NCBI GenBank assembly: GCA_035297365.1 | Contig: DATGZA010000050.1 | Coordinates: forward strand, 1 to 39,300 | DNA: 39,300 nucleotides | From: Nitrososphaeraceae archaeon | Lineage (GTDB): Archaea > Thermoproteota > Nitrososphaeria > Nitrososphaerales > Nitrososphaeraceae | Direction of reading: 5' to 3' | Shown: positions 1 through 9,849 of the stretch, in pieces | Layout: each line of letters opens with the position of its first letter | How positions within the stretch are numbered: the stretch's first letter is position 1 | Program-made: the position numbers and the translations under genes | The notes under the pieces: generated by a model | What the model was told of the DNA's origin: nothing | What the model saw: the letters and a program-made list of their open reading frames with translations, nothing else | Database searches by the model: none

Positions 1-219
1 TTCACCGCTATAGCTCTTTCGTTAAGTTAACAGCACCTATCTTGATCAGCTATTGTAATATTTTTCTTCAAAATTTCAAAAGACCATTTATAGGTCATAA
101 AAGATTTATTTCATGAATTCATATTTCTTGATATAAAAAAGGAACAGTAAACACTGTTAAAGGGTATTAAAAAAATAAAAAAAATAAAATAAATGAAGAC
201 TGAAATAAATTTCGAACTT

Positions 220-443
220 TGTAACGTACTTGTCCAATTTCCTTTTTTTATTTCTTTTTTGACACAATAAGCATCTTCCAAAGCACATTCTTTTTCGACT
301 GTAATGAATGCCTTTAAACAGGGATCGAATTTTTCCATTCTATTTACGCAATATTTTGTGAAGTCTGTTGGAGACAGATTTCTGGATTTTATTTCTGGGG
401 CAAGATACATAATAGGAAGATCTAAAATAATTTTTTTAAACAT
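220..443 (-). pseudogene. Amidase-signature (GatA-like) family, N-terminal fragment
   Basis: LAPEIKSRNLSPTDFTKYCVNRMEKFDPCLKAFITVEKECALEDA..KKEIKKGNW resembles the first ~70 aa of amidase/GatA proteins; similarity ends where GPLHGIP-KD should follow and the ORF (111..443) runs into T-rich sequence. Confidence 0.7.
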
Positions 444-528
444 TTGATTTTGAAAGTTAATTCATATATAGAATGTGATTCGATTAGAATATCGACATAA
501 AACGTAATAAGACTAAAAAAATAAAAAG

Positions 529-1425
529 TTAAGATTTTTTCAGTACTGCGGATATAGCCAAGCTATTTCCAAGTTTGAAATCTATTGATTCTTCTGAGTT
601 GTTATACAATGCAATTGCGTTTATATCATTCAGTCGGTTCCATTCTCCGGTTAGCGGATCTTCTCCTTCCATCGAGTCATCAAAATTCACGACGTATAAC
701 GCATTGTCTTCACTTAAACTCTGTATTTGCTGCATATCCACTGCAATGCCATGGTGGTCTTCTCCATAGCTATCTATATGCATCACTACAAATTGTAAAT
801 CCCAGGTTTCTGGAATGTTCAACGTAGCACGACCATCCTTCAATTCACATGGATAGAAGTCACCTATAAGGAAGGGAGTTTCTGGACCTATCGTTCCAGT
901 CAGTGGTATAGAGGTTGATTGTGTCAAACATTTACTGTATCTGTATTTGATTATTTTGTGATGGTGATGGTGATCGTCATCGTCATCGTCATCGTCATCG
1001 TGATCCCAGCGATCGTGATCACGTCCGTCTCGATCCCAGCGATCGTGATCACGTCCGTGTCGATCCGTTCCATCGTGATCACGTCCGTCTCGATCCCTTC
1101 CATCGTGATCACGCCATTCTCCTTTGTCATCATATCTTGAAAAATCTTCTTTTATGAACCGATACTCATTTTTTCGATCGTCATATTTTCGATCTGATCC
1201 AAAGTCATGGTCACCTCCACCTCTCTCTGATTTAAAAGATATCGAGCCATGGTCACCTCCACCTCTCTTTGATCCAGGATCACCATTATGAGAATCGCCA
1301 GACGTAGCAAAAGCTACCTTAATGAAAGAATTATTTTGTTTTAGTGAATTTAATTCTAAATCCACTAGAATTTGTGAAGGATGTGAAGTAATCATTATCA
1401 TGCAAACTATACTAAAGAAAACCAT
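529..1425 (-). CDS. Hypothetical, probably exported protein with Asp/His/Arg repeat tract and acidic C-terminal domain
   Basis: 298-aa ORF; hydrophobic N-terminus and VAFA candidate cleavage site; DHDGRDRDGR-type repeats, poly-Asp then His5; complex C-terminal ~135 aa with two Cys. Confidence 0.8.
   Translation of the reverse strand: MVFFSIVCMIMITSHPSQILVDLELNSLKQNNSFIKVAFATSGDSHNGDPGSKRGGGDHGSISFKSERGGGDHDFGSDRKYDDRKNEYRFIKEDFSRYDDKGEWRDHDGRDRDGRDHDGTDRHGRDHDRWDRDGRDHDRWDHDDDDDDDDDHHHHHKIIKYRYSKCLTQSTSIPLTGTIGPETPFLIGDFYPCELKDGRATLNIPETWDLQFVVMHIDSYGEDHHGIAVDMQQIQSLSEDNALYVVNFDDSMEGEDPLTGEWNRLNDINAIALYNNSEESIDFKLGNSLAISAVLKKS
1002..1113. repeat. 30-bp tandem repeat, about 3.7 copies (in-frame 10-aa unit)
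   Basis: Units start at 1002, 1032, 1062, 1092 (GATCCCAGCGATCGTGATCACGTCCGTCTC and variants); adjoined by a (TCATCG)n run at ~973-1000. Confidence 0.95.
1206..1268. repeat. 21-bp perfect direct repeat encoding RGGGDH twice
   Basis: CATGGTCACCTCCACCTCTCT at 1206-1226 and 1248-1268, 42-bp spacing. Confidence 0.9.
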
Positions 1426-1528
1426 TACTACACTTTTTTGAGAAATAAAATAGTGAAATTACCTTACCAACAAACTGATATAAAGTATCAATTACATATC
1501 TTTCATATAATATTTTAGGTAAGAGTAT

Positions 1529-1648
1529 TCCAAAAAAAATATTCTTATCCTCAATAGAGGAAGCAAATTCATTTAAATTGTTTGTCCCCAAGAGAATGGC
1601 TCCAGCCTTTCTTAGCCTCTTAACCACTATAGAATCAGAGGTAGAATT
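1529..1648 (-). pseudogene. Amidase-signature family, internal fragment
   Basis: NSTSDSIVVKRLRKAGAILLGTNNLNEFASSIEDKNIFFG matches the conserved DAxVVxRLxxAGAIxxGKTNxxEFA block of amidases. Confidence 0.85.
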
Positions 1649-1650
1649 AT

Positions 1651-2027
1651 TTAATTATTGCGTAACATATATTCCACTATCATTAGTTTTTTTGCAACGT
1701 CTTTCTTTTGTTTTTTGTCCAATGTCTTGAATTTGTCTAAAATGTCAAACATAAAAGATTGGTGTTTTGACATTTGTTCTTTAATCTGTTCTAATTCATG
1801 TTCTCGTTCATTCTGCTTGTCTCTTAACACTTGATTTGCGTACTGGAGTTCTTCAATTTTTGTCTGCAGGTCCGTACCCTGCCTCTCTAATAGTCGCATA
1901 TCTAGAAATGTTAGATAGAGGTCTATCTTGTAAATTTCTGGCTTTTCTTTATCCTTCTTCTTCAATAGGTAGAACCGGTATGGCCGATAAACCATTTAGA
2001 ATAATCCGAGTAGCCAAGATCTGAAAC
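1651..2027 (-). pseudogene. Tyrosine recombinase/integrase C-terminal relic
   Basis: Manual translation from 2027: VSDLGYSDYSKWFIGHTGSTY* (GH..Y catalytic box; TGA at 1964-1962), then a 1-nt frameshift into KKDKEKPEIYKIDLYLTFLD and a coiled-coil tail (ORF 1651..1995); no HxxR box upstream. Confidence 0.65.
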
Positions 2028-2586
2028 CTCAAGGATTATACCTTGCGATCTAAAACGAAAATATTACTCTCAAATTTTACCGGTCCATAGTCTGTCATTA
2101 TCTTGATAACATATACGTCAATTGAGTGATAACCAGTTTCAATTATTGTGTCGATCGCATTATTTTATACCGTCAATTCTAACTACATTTAGCCTGCGAG
2201 TATAAAGGATATACATCTTATTTTCACTTAGATGATCAGTAATAGTCTTGACGATGGTTCGTATAGAAATTTCTGTTTTACTTCCTGACTTAGCCCATCA
2301 AAAACACTTATCTTAATATTCTCTATCTGTTACATAGCCACATACCCAAAATGCATTCTACTATCTATATTCAATCCCCAACTAGTAAAAAAGCGGATTC
2401 TTCAGACTAATTAAGTAGTCATTTTGTGTTGAAATCAAAGTTAATTTATCTCCTGTGACAACAATTACCAACAAACTATTCTTCACCATTCAAATACGAA
2501 AACGCTGATTTTAGTATACAAAATAAATGTCTAGGTATATTTGACGAACATATTCCTTAAATTCTATAACCTTACTATATGAGGTT

Positions 2587-3810
2587 ATGTCATTTCAGAT
2601 ATTAAAAATTAAAAATATTCCGATAAAATTACATTTTACATTGATCTTTATCTTTGTTTTTCTAACTTGGACCCTATCAGTTGGATTTATGCCGCACTAT
2701 TATCCTAACTTGACGAGAACAGAGTATGTTGTGATGGGAGTCACTGGGGCGATTATATTGTTTGTTTCCGTACTGATCCATGAATTAGCACATTCTATTC
2801 TATCAATCAAATATGGAGTAAAAGTAGATCAAATAATTCTATTTATATTTGGAGGCATTTCTGAGATCAAAGAGGAAACACGGGATTTCAGAAAAGAATT
2901 CAAAATTGCTGTAATAGGACCGTTAACAAGTTTTGGTGTGGGGGGAATTTTTTTATCATTTTTTCTTTTGATCACCTTTCTTGGTCCCGAAGCAACAGAA
3001 GCACAAACATATATTCAAGTATTGAAAGGAGTTTTACTTTATGGCTTTATTGTGAATATATTGTTAGGTGTTTTTAATCTGCTTCCCGCTTTTCCTATGG
3101 ACGGTGGAAGGATGTTAAGGGCTGCCTTGGTTAGATGGCTGGATTATCAGCGTGCAACGAAAATATCTGTGCAAGTTGGAATAATTATCTCATTTGTTCT
3201 GATTGGATTAGGAATTTTAGTGATTATCAGAGCCTCTCCAATTGGAGGATTATGGTTAATACTCATCGGATGGTTTATTCAAAGTGGGGCGAAAGCATAT
3301 CTGCAACAGTTTGAATTGTCAAATCTCCTGAAAGATATGAAGTTAAAGGATATAATGAATACAAGTTTTGTCTCAGTAAAACCCGATTTATCAATAAGAA
3401 ATTTGATTTCTGATTACTTTGATGTATATAGAAAAGGATCATTTCCTGTCATTGATGATCACTCCGTGCTACTAGGAATGATTTCAACAGATGATATTTT
3501 AGATAAAGGAGAATCGCTTTTTGAAAAAAAAACTATGGATATCATGCAACCATTATCAAATTTGATAGTTATGAAATCAGATATGCAAGTTAATAATGCT
3601 TTAGAACAGTTAGTTCGAAAAAGGATGAATAGAATATTTGTAGTTGATGATTATTTCAAACTGATAGGTATCGTAAGTAAAACAGATATACTAAATGCGG
3701 CACAAGAAAGAGCTGATTATGATGAAATCTTAAAGTATACCAGAAAGAGCCGAGGATTAATGGAGGGCCCTAATAAAAAAATTAATAAAGCAGATTCTGA
3801 TTCTACATGA
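2587..3810 (+). CDS. Site-2 protease (peptidase M50) with C-terminal CBS pair
   Basis: HELAH zinc motif, NLLPAFPMDG motif, several TM helices, two CBS domains. Confidence 0.95.
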   Translation: MSFQILKIKNIPIKLHFTLIFIFVFLTWTLSVGFMPHYYPNLTRTEYVVMGVTGAIILFVSVLIHELAHSILSIKYGVKVDQIILFIFGGISEIKEETRDFRKEFKIAVIGPLTSFGVGGIFLSFFLLITFLGPEATEAQTYIQVLKGVLLYGFIVNILLGVFNLLPAFPMDGGRMLRAALVRWLDYQRATKISVQVGIIISFVLIGLGILVIIRASPIGGLWLILIGWFIQSGAKAYLQQFELSNLLKDMKLKDIMNTSFVSVKPDLSIRNLISDYFDVYRKGSFPVIDDHSVLLGMISTDDILDKGESLFEKKTMDIMQPLSNLIVMKSDMQVNNALEQLVRKRMNRIFVVDDYFKLIGIVSKTDILNAAQERADYDEILKYTRKSRGLMEGPNKKINKADSDST

Positions 3811-4305
3811 TGTTTTTTATTTTCTTACTCTCAAATAATTAATATATATAAATTCAAAACATAATTCAATAAAATAAAATAATTGTAATTGGGACAAAAA
3901 TTACAGAAAACCAAAAAGCATACAAAAAACCATTAAAATGACATTATTAAATTAAATATTGTTACTTGACCTGTACATAAGTGACTTAGGAACAGACATG
4001 ATACTGTACAGCTCACAGTATAGATTCTTCCTTATAATTTATTTCTTTGTGAATCAATGCATATGAATGGATTTAACTTAACTTACATCGGGCAATTTCA
4101 TTTCCTAAAATCTACTCCAAAAAAATAAAATCAAATATTTGATTAATCATATGATGTGTAGCTATTTTGTCTGCATTTTACTCTAAAAAATAATTTAATC
4201 GAATTATAACTAGTAATATCATTTTCAATTTCTGAATAGTCTTCTAGATTGTAAATTAACACAATCTACCGGATATGGCTAGAAAATATTAATATTTTTT
4301 TCTGC

Positions 4306-5148
4306 TTATCCATAAATAATTGGCTCAGCCTCCCCCGATGCTTTCTGTACTCGAGAAACTTCTTTGCGGAGAGATTCTATAAATTCTAACATTCTTTTTT
4401 TCAAATTTTCTCCTTCTTGTCTCAATTGAGCTGTATCAACCTTTAGTTTTTCATCCTTAGTTATTCTATTGATTTCTTCTATTATAATGGCAGCACCTTC
4501 CGCGTCTGGGAGCTCATCTCGTGAGGGAATAAATAATGCCGTACATGGAATGTTGTTTGCAAGAGATGATGATAATAAACCACCCGGTATTCCTCCAATA
4601 AAAGTCGTGGGTTCTAGATAAGTCTCGATTATCTTTCTGTCAAAACTTGTTTTTTGTACGTTATCGTCGTTTATACTAGAAAATATATATGGTTCTCTCT
4701 TTGAATCATCAAGACCAGGTTTAGAAAATCCTCCTAGCACCAAAATTTCCTGTACATTATTGTTATTACACCATTTCATTACGAGATTTAACACGGAACT
4801 TATCCCTCTTATCAAAATTGGCGATTCACATACTAGTACACATAAGGAGCCTTCTTGATTTGAATAGAGCCTAAATGGATGTCTCAATCTTCCATCATGA
4901 TATATAACTCCAGGAATGATAAATTCAGATTCTACACATCCAATCTGTTTCATCTGCAATTTTTCTATGATGTAATTTACAGAAATAGAACCCACCAGTC
5001 CAGGACCAGGAAATCCTGCAATTAAAACAGGATCTTTTAATATAATGTTCTTAAATTCTCCCATCGAATATACAAGAGTTTTACCATCATTTGATCTAAG
5101 GTTAATATCATGTCTCATCTCAGCAATTACTTCTTCTTTCTCGTCCAT
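4306..5148 (-). CDS. PAC2-family proteasome assembly chaperone
   Basis: PVLIAGFPGPGLVGSI, HPFRLY, PDAEGAA motifs. Confidence 0.9.
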   Translation of the reverse strand: MDEKEEVIAEMRHDINLRSNDGKTLVYSMGEFKNIILKDPVLIAGFPGPGLVGSISVNYIIEKLQMKQIGCVESEFIIPGVIYHDGRLRHPFRLYSNQEGSLCVLVCESPILIRGISSVLNLVMKWCNNNNVQEILVLGGFSKPGLDDSKREPYIFSSINDDNVQKTSFDRKIIETYLEPTTFIGGIPGGLLSSSLANNIPCTALFIPSRDELPDAEGAAIIIEEINRITKDEKLKVDTAQLRQEGENLKKRMLEFIESLRKEVSRVQKASGEAEPIIYG

Positions 5149-5361
5149 TTACATAATTGTTAACTTTGCCAAATATAATGATTTAATACCTCATCTCTTT
5201 CTTGATAGTTGTATAATGCAAATACGAGTCAATACCCTACCAATTATGGTAGACATTGTCAGTTCTGATTTATATGAAAAATACTTCAAAAGAACTGATA
5301 ATTGCTTTTTGTTAATATCGTAACTAGTTTTGAATCTATTAATAAAATAATTAAAAAGGGT

Positions 5362-5817
5362 TTATCTAACCACTAATACTGGGCAATGTGCATAAGTTAC
5401 TATTTCTTGTGCAGTACTTCCTATTAATAATTTTTTAAATCCTGTTCTACCTTTGGTTCCCATAACGATAAGATCTATGTTCAAATTTTCGGCATATTCC
5501 AAAATAGTGCCAGAAATAGAAAGTGGACTTGTTATTACTTCTGTATTTATCTTTATATTTTTACTTTCACTATTTTCTAATCTTTTTTTTACTTTATCAA
5601 ACCATATTTCAGCTTCTTTTTTATAATTATCAAAGTATTTAGGAGGAACCATGCCGAAAAAACCAGAAGAATCTCCATATTTTACCTTAGATGGTACTAC
5701 TGACACGATATATATTTCGGACGAAAATTTTTTTGCGAGCGATATGGCATATTTTGCAGCATCCATAGAAGGTTCTGACCCATCAATTGGCGCTAGTATC
5801 TTTGTAAATTTATCCAT
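5362..5817 (-). CDS. Universal stress protein (UspA family)
   Basis: KILAPIDGSE, DLIVMGTKGRTGFKKLLIGS (G-2x-G-9x-GS ATP-binding type), AHCPVLVV; start ATG 5817 or 5841. Confidence 0.95.
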   Translation of the reverse strand: MDKFTKILAPIDGSEPSMDAAKYAISLAKKFSSEIYIVSVVPSKVKYGDSSGFFGMVPPKYFDNYKKEAEIWFDKVKKRLENSESKNIKINTEVITSPLSISGTILEYAENLNIDLIVMGTKGRTGFKKLLIGSTAQEIVTYAHCPVLVVR

Positions 5818-5843
5818 ATGTTTGATTAGTACAGCTATCATTA

Positions 5844-5878
5844 TTATCTTTTACATTTATTGTTATCTTTTACATTTA
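5844..5878. promoter_or_regulatory. 16-bp perfect direct repeat upstream of usp; candidate operator
   Basis: TTATCTTTTACATTTA at 5844-5859 and 5863-5878. Confidence 0.4.
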
Positions 5879-6564
5879 CTTTAAATTAAAGAATTTAATG
5901 AAATACTTACCATTATTAATACACAAATAAACAAAAAATATCTCTGGTAATCATTATAGAAAGATTCTTTACTTCTTATTCTAAATTCGAAAGGAAGTCA
6001 AAGCCATTATCAGCAAGGGAAAATAATGCTGAATATACAAGTGTTATTTTTAGGAAAAAAATCATTCGAATTGTTTTTGAAATTGAAATATATAATAAAA
6101 ATGTTTATATTAAATATGTTTCCAAAAAAAAAAACAAACCTGTACCTTTTATTGACATCAAACCAAATAATTCAACAAAAAAATGTGAATTTGAAATTAG
6201 CTTTCCAAACTATCTTAATTTATAAAAGTAGATCAAGGAAAATTACAACTAGTACAAACTAATGCAAGGTATGTAAAATCTTGGTCTGAATGTGGAAATG
6301 AGGATGTAGACTGAAAATATTCTGTCTTCAAATCATGTCGAAAACAGGGATAAGACACAACCGACAACTACAAAAAATTTTTTTGATTCATTTTTGGAAA
6401 AATTACATTTTTAATATTTTTTACCTTAAAGACCATTACAATATGTAATGGTTCTATGACTGCTTTGCTGATATAAGCAACATAACAAACAAAATAGAAT
6501 TTTTTATTTAGTTTGATTAAACTCATTTATATGAATTTTTTTTGAATTGCTGCCAATATCTTTT

Positions 6565-7035
6565 TTATTTTACTACCATGACTGGACAATGAGCATAAGT
6601 TACCACTCCTGATGCAGTACTACCCAAGAGTAACTTTTTAAATCCAGTTTTACCTCTCGTTCCAATAACTATCAAATCTATTTTTTCCTTTTCAGCATAT
6701 TGGATTATTTCACCATATGCAGCCAAACCTGTCAAAATAACTTCTGTTGTTATCTCAATCTGCATGTTGTCTTCCTTTGCCGAATTCCTGATCCTTTCAA
6801 ACCAGTTCCTGGATTCTTCCTTTGCTTTATCAATTATCCTTTCAATTTGTTTTGGCGTAACAAGTCCAGTCAAGTTAACATATTCTTGCGGCGATGGAGA
6901 GACAATAACATATAAACAAATGACTTTTCCATTAAATTTTTCTGCTATTTTAAGGGCAACCTGAGATGCATGAAATGAATGTTCAGAACCATCAATGGGA
7001 ACTAAAATTTTGGAAAATCTTTTATTTTCTTTCAT
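6565..7035 (-). CDS. Universal stress protein (UspA family), paralog
   Basis: KILVPIDGSE, DLIVIGTRGKTGFKKLLLGS, AHCPVMVV; start moved to ATG 7035 because the longer ORF overlaps gap. Confidence 0.95.
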   Translation of the reverse strand: MKENKRFSKILVPIDGSEHSFHASQVALKIAEKFNGKVICLYVIVSPSPQEYVNLTGLVTPKQIERIIDKAKEESRNWFERIRNSAKEDNMQIEITTEVILTGLAAYGEIIQYAEKEKIDLIVIGTRGKTGFKKLLLGSTASGVVTYAHCPVMVVK

Positions 7036-7123
7036 AATGCTATTGTGATTATCTATTAAATAAATTATGTTTATTGATTGAATTAGAATATACCTTAATA
7101 GAAAGAATAATGTTATCGGTAAT

Positions 7124-8161
7124 ATGGCAAAGTTTAACCTAGCTATCAATGGTTTTGGAAGAATTGGACGTACTTTTTTAAAATCATCTCTTCTTGACAA
7201 AGAATTTAACGATATCGTTGACGTAAAGGCGATCAACGATCTGACAAATTTAAAGGAACTATCTCATCTCTTCAAGTATGATTCTACATTTGGGAAATTT
7301 GAAGGAGATGTTGAAATAGATGAAAATGAAAAGATCTTGATAATAAATAAAGAAAAAAGGATTAATATCATTTCTGAACGCGATCCATCTAAGCTTCCAT
7401 GGAAGGATTTAAACGTATTTTTTGTATTGGAATCATCAGGAAAGTTCAACGATAATGAAAGCGCACAAAAACATTTACTCGCTGGCGCAAAAAAAGTAAT
7501 TATTTCCGCTCCTGCCAAAAATCCAGATGCGACACTAATTATGGGCGTTAATAATCAAATTTATGAGAATCAAAAACATAATATTATTTCAATGGCTTCA
7601 TGTACTACAAATTGTATAGCCCCGGTGATCAAAGTCCTGAATGATAAATTTGGGATAGAAAGTGGTTACATGACAACTACACATGCTTATACTAATGATC
7701 AGAGACTTTTAGATTCTTATCATGAAGATCTTAGACGTTCGCGATCTGCCATGATGTCCATTATTCCTACCACTACTGGAGCAGCTAAGGCGATAGGAAC
7801 AGTAATTCCGGAACTCGAAGGAAAAATTGATGGACTGGCATTACGAGTTCCAGTTAATAACGGTTCTATATCAGATATGGTTCTAAACTTAAAAAAGGAA
7901 GTCACGAGAGATGAGATTAATAATGAGCTAAAGAAAGCATCTAAAGAGGATCTAAAGGATATATTATCTTATACGGAGGAACCTATTGTTTCCTCTGATA
8001 TTATAGGAGACAGTCATTCATCAATAGTTGACGGATTAAGTACCATGGTAATAAATAATAAGGGAAAGTACGTCAAGGTTCTTTCATGGTATGATAACGA
8101 ATGGAGTTTTGCATGCAGGCTCGTGGATCTAGTAAAGTTTTTAGCCAAAAACAGTGTGTAG
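7124..8161 (+). CDS. gap: Glyceraldehyde-3-phosphate dehydrogenase, class I (bacterial type)
   Basis: INGFGRIGR, AINDL, ASCTTNC catalytic motif, HAYTNDQ, TTTGAAKA, WYDNE. Confidence 0.97.
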   Translation: MAKFNLAINGFGRIGRTFLKSSLLDKEFNDIVDVKAINDLTNLKELSHLFKYDSTFGKFEGDVEIDENEKILIINKEKRINIISERDPSKLPWKDLNVFFVLESSGKFNDNESAQKHLLAGAKKVIISAPAKNPDATLIMGVNNQIYENQKHNIISMASCTTNCIAPVIKVLNDKFGIESGYMTTTHAYTNDQRLLDSYHEDLRRSRSAMMSIIPTTTGAAKAIGTVIPELEGKIDGLALRVPVNNGSISDMVLNLKKEVTRDEINNELKKASKEDLKDILSYTEEPIVSSDIIGDSHSSIVDGLSTMVINNKGKYVKVLSWYDNEWSFACRLVDLVKFLAKNSV

Positions 8162-8787
8162 ATAGATAAAAAATCTCGAGTGTTTTTCATTACCTTAGTT
8201 AATTTGTACTATTTTATAATATAATTAAAAGAATTAATAAAATAAAATATTACCAAAGCAAAGATTTATGGAATCAAAGAAAATATCTGAAAAGCAATAG
8301 GGAAAACTAGGGTAATTAAAAAGAATCTCAGATTTCAAACTTAAGTTATATGACTATAGAAATTAAAATTATTACACTTGAGGTAGAAAATAAAATAAAT
8401 AAATCTAAACTGAAACTTAAAGTTATCACTCTTGACAAAGAACAACTGTATGTAAATATTAAAAGAAACTTAAGATATTTGAAGAAGCACCACCTCAAAA
8501 TTTTAGAAATGAATATTAAACATGTAATTGTATCATATATGTCATTTATATAAAGAAACCAGTGTGCTCAATAGGAGATACAATAAAAAATTAATATAAA
8601 AAAAGACGAAGAAATATTATTTATGATAATTTAAGAAAAATCTAATAAAACTGGAAAGAACAATAGTAAAAATACAATAGCATTTTCCTACTCACCTTAA
8701 ACATTCTTGATTTTCGAGCGATTGTGGTAATTCAATATACAGAAAAATTTATCTTTTTTAATCAAAATTTAATAATATTTTAAAAAA

Positions 8788-9771
8788 TTGGGTTCAGATA
8801 GTGATATATTAGAGATTCTATTTAAGGATTACTGGTTATTAGATACGACTCGGTTATTAAGAATGGAATTACATTGTCATAACACCTTCTCTAATTTTAT
8901 GAACTGTTCAACTCGAATACCCTATGATTGTGGTGTAACTATGGAAAAACAGCTAGAATTGGCTTATGAGAAGAAGATAGATATATTGTTTGTTACCAAT
9001 CACAACACCCTTAATGGTTACAAACAAATATGCGATTACAAAGAAAACCACAAAAAATATAAGGACATAACAATTTATCCTGCGGAAGAGATTACCGTGG
9101 ATACAAAAGGTCATATTTTAGCTTATGGAATTAATAAAACAATAAAACCAGGAATGACAATCGATGAAACTCTGGATGAAATAAAAAGACAAAACGGAGT
9201 TTCTTGTGCAGCGCATCCTTTTGCTGTATCGAACGGAATAAGAGAGAAAGCAATAAAATGCAATCTAATCGAATCTTTTAACAGTAACAATATCGACAGT
9301 TATTCTAATATCGCTGCTGCAAAATTTGCCGAAGAAAAAAACATGATATCAGTTGCCGGAAGTGATTCTCATATTGAATCCACTCTTGGACGTTGTATCA
9401 ATACTATCGAGTCCGAAAACAACCTTGATTCAATTTTAGAAGGCATGCTGAAGGGATCGGTAACAATTCAAAAAAGTGATTATGCTCTCAAAAAAGAACT
9501 TTTTGAACATGCGCATTACATTTTGTCATCTTCAAAGGATAATCTATTAGAATATGTATCAGAGAATCATAGATCAACATACTCTTTTATAAAATTGGCA
9601 TTGAATTCATTTCTATCAAATCCAGACAGTCAATTGTGGAAACTATTAGGGTCATTAGGTCTATATTTATCAAAAAGAATGTCTCATAAGGTAAATATCA
9701 GAGGGCTAAATCCTCGTGTTTTTGAAAATAGATCATGGAGAACACTGATTTCTCTAAGTCTTATTCCATAA
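8788..9771 (+). CDS. PHP-domain metal-dependent phosphoesterase
   Basis: ELHCHN, TNHN, AEEI, GHIL, AHP, GSDSH motifs; start could be ATG 8863. Confidence 0.88.
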   Translation: MGSDSDILEILFKDYWLLDTTRLLRMELHCHNTFSNFMNCSTRIPYDCGVTMEKQLELAYEKKIDILFVTNHNTLNGYKQICDYKENHKKYKDITIYPAEEITVDTKGHILAYGINKTIKPGMTIDETLDEIKRQNGVSCAAHPFAVSNGIREKAIKCNLIESFNSNNIDSYSNIAAAKFAEEKNMISVAGSDSHIESTLGRCINTIESENNLDSILEGMLKGSVTIQKSDYALKKELFEHAHYILSSSKDNLLEYVSENHRSTYSFIKLALNSFLSNPDSQLWKLLGSLGLYLSKRMSHKVNIRGLNPRVFENRSWRTLISLSLIP

Positions 9772-9849
9772 TAACGTTAGAGTCTTGATACAATAACGAT
9801 ATTTAACTTTTAATAAATACTTATTAGTGGTCGGACCTTTTTTATAAGT

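Noticed and set aside
1002-1113. Possible CRISPR array
   Set aside because: Contiguous in-frame coding repeats without unique spacers; no cas genes
919-1140. ORFs 919..1140 (+) and 951..1133 (-) with VIVIVI/MTMTMT repeats
   Set aside because: Alternative frames kept open by the 6-bp and 30-bp repeats of the 298-aa gene
2030-2500. Possible upstream part of the integrase
   Set aside because: Manual minus-strand translation gave short stop-interrupted peptides without recognisable motifs
6026-6262. 78-aa ORF
   Set aside because: K/I/L/F/N-rich translation of AT-rich intergenic DNA, no motif
7036-7236. 67-aa N-terminal extension of the second Usp
   Set aside because: Overlaps gap on the opposite strand; Usp domain starts at ATG 7035
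8335-8553. 67-aa ORF and three loose AAACTTAA(A)G copies
   Set aside because: Low complexity, irregular spacing, compatible with chance
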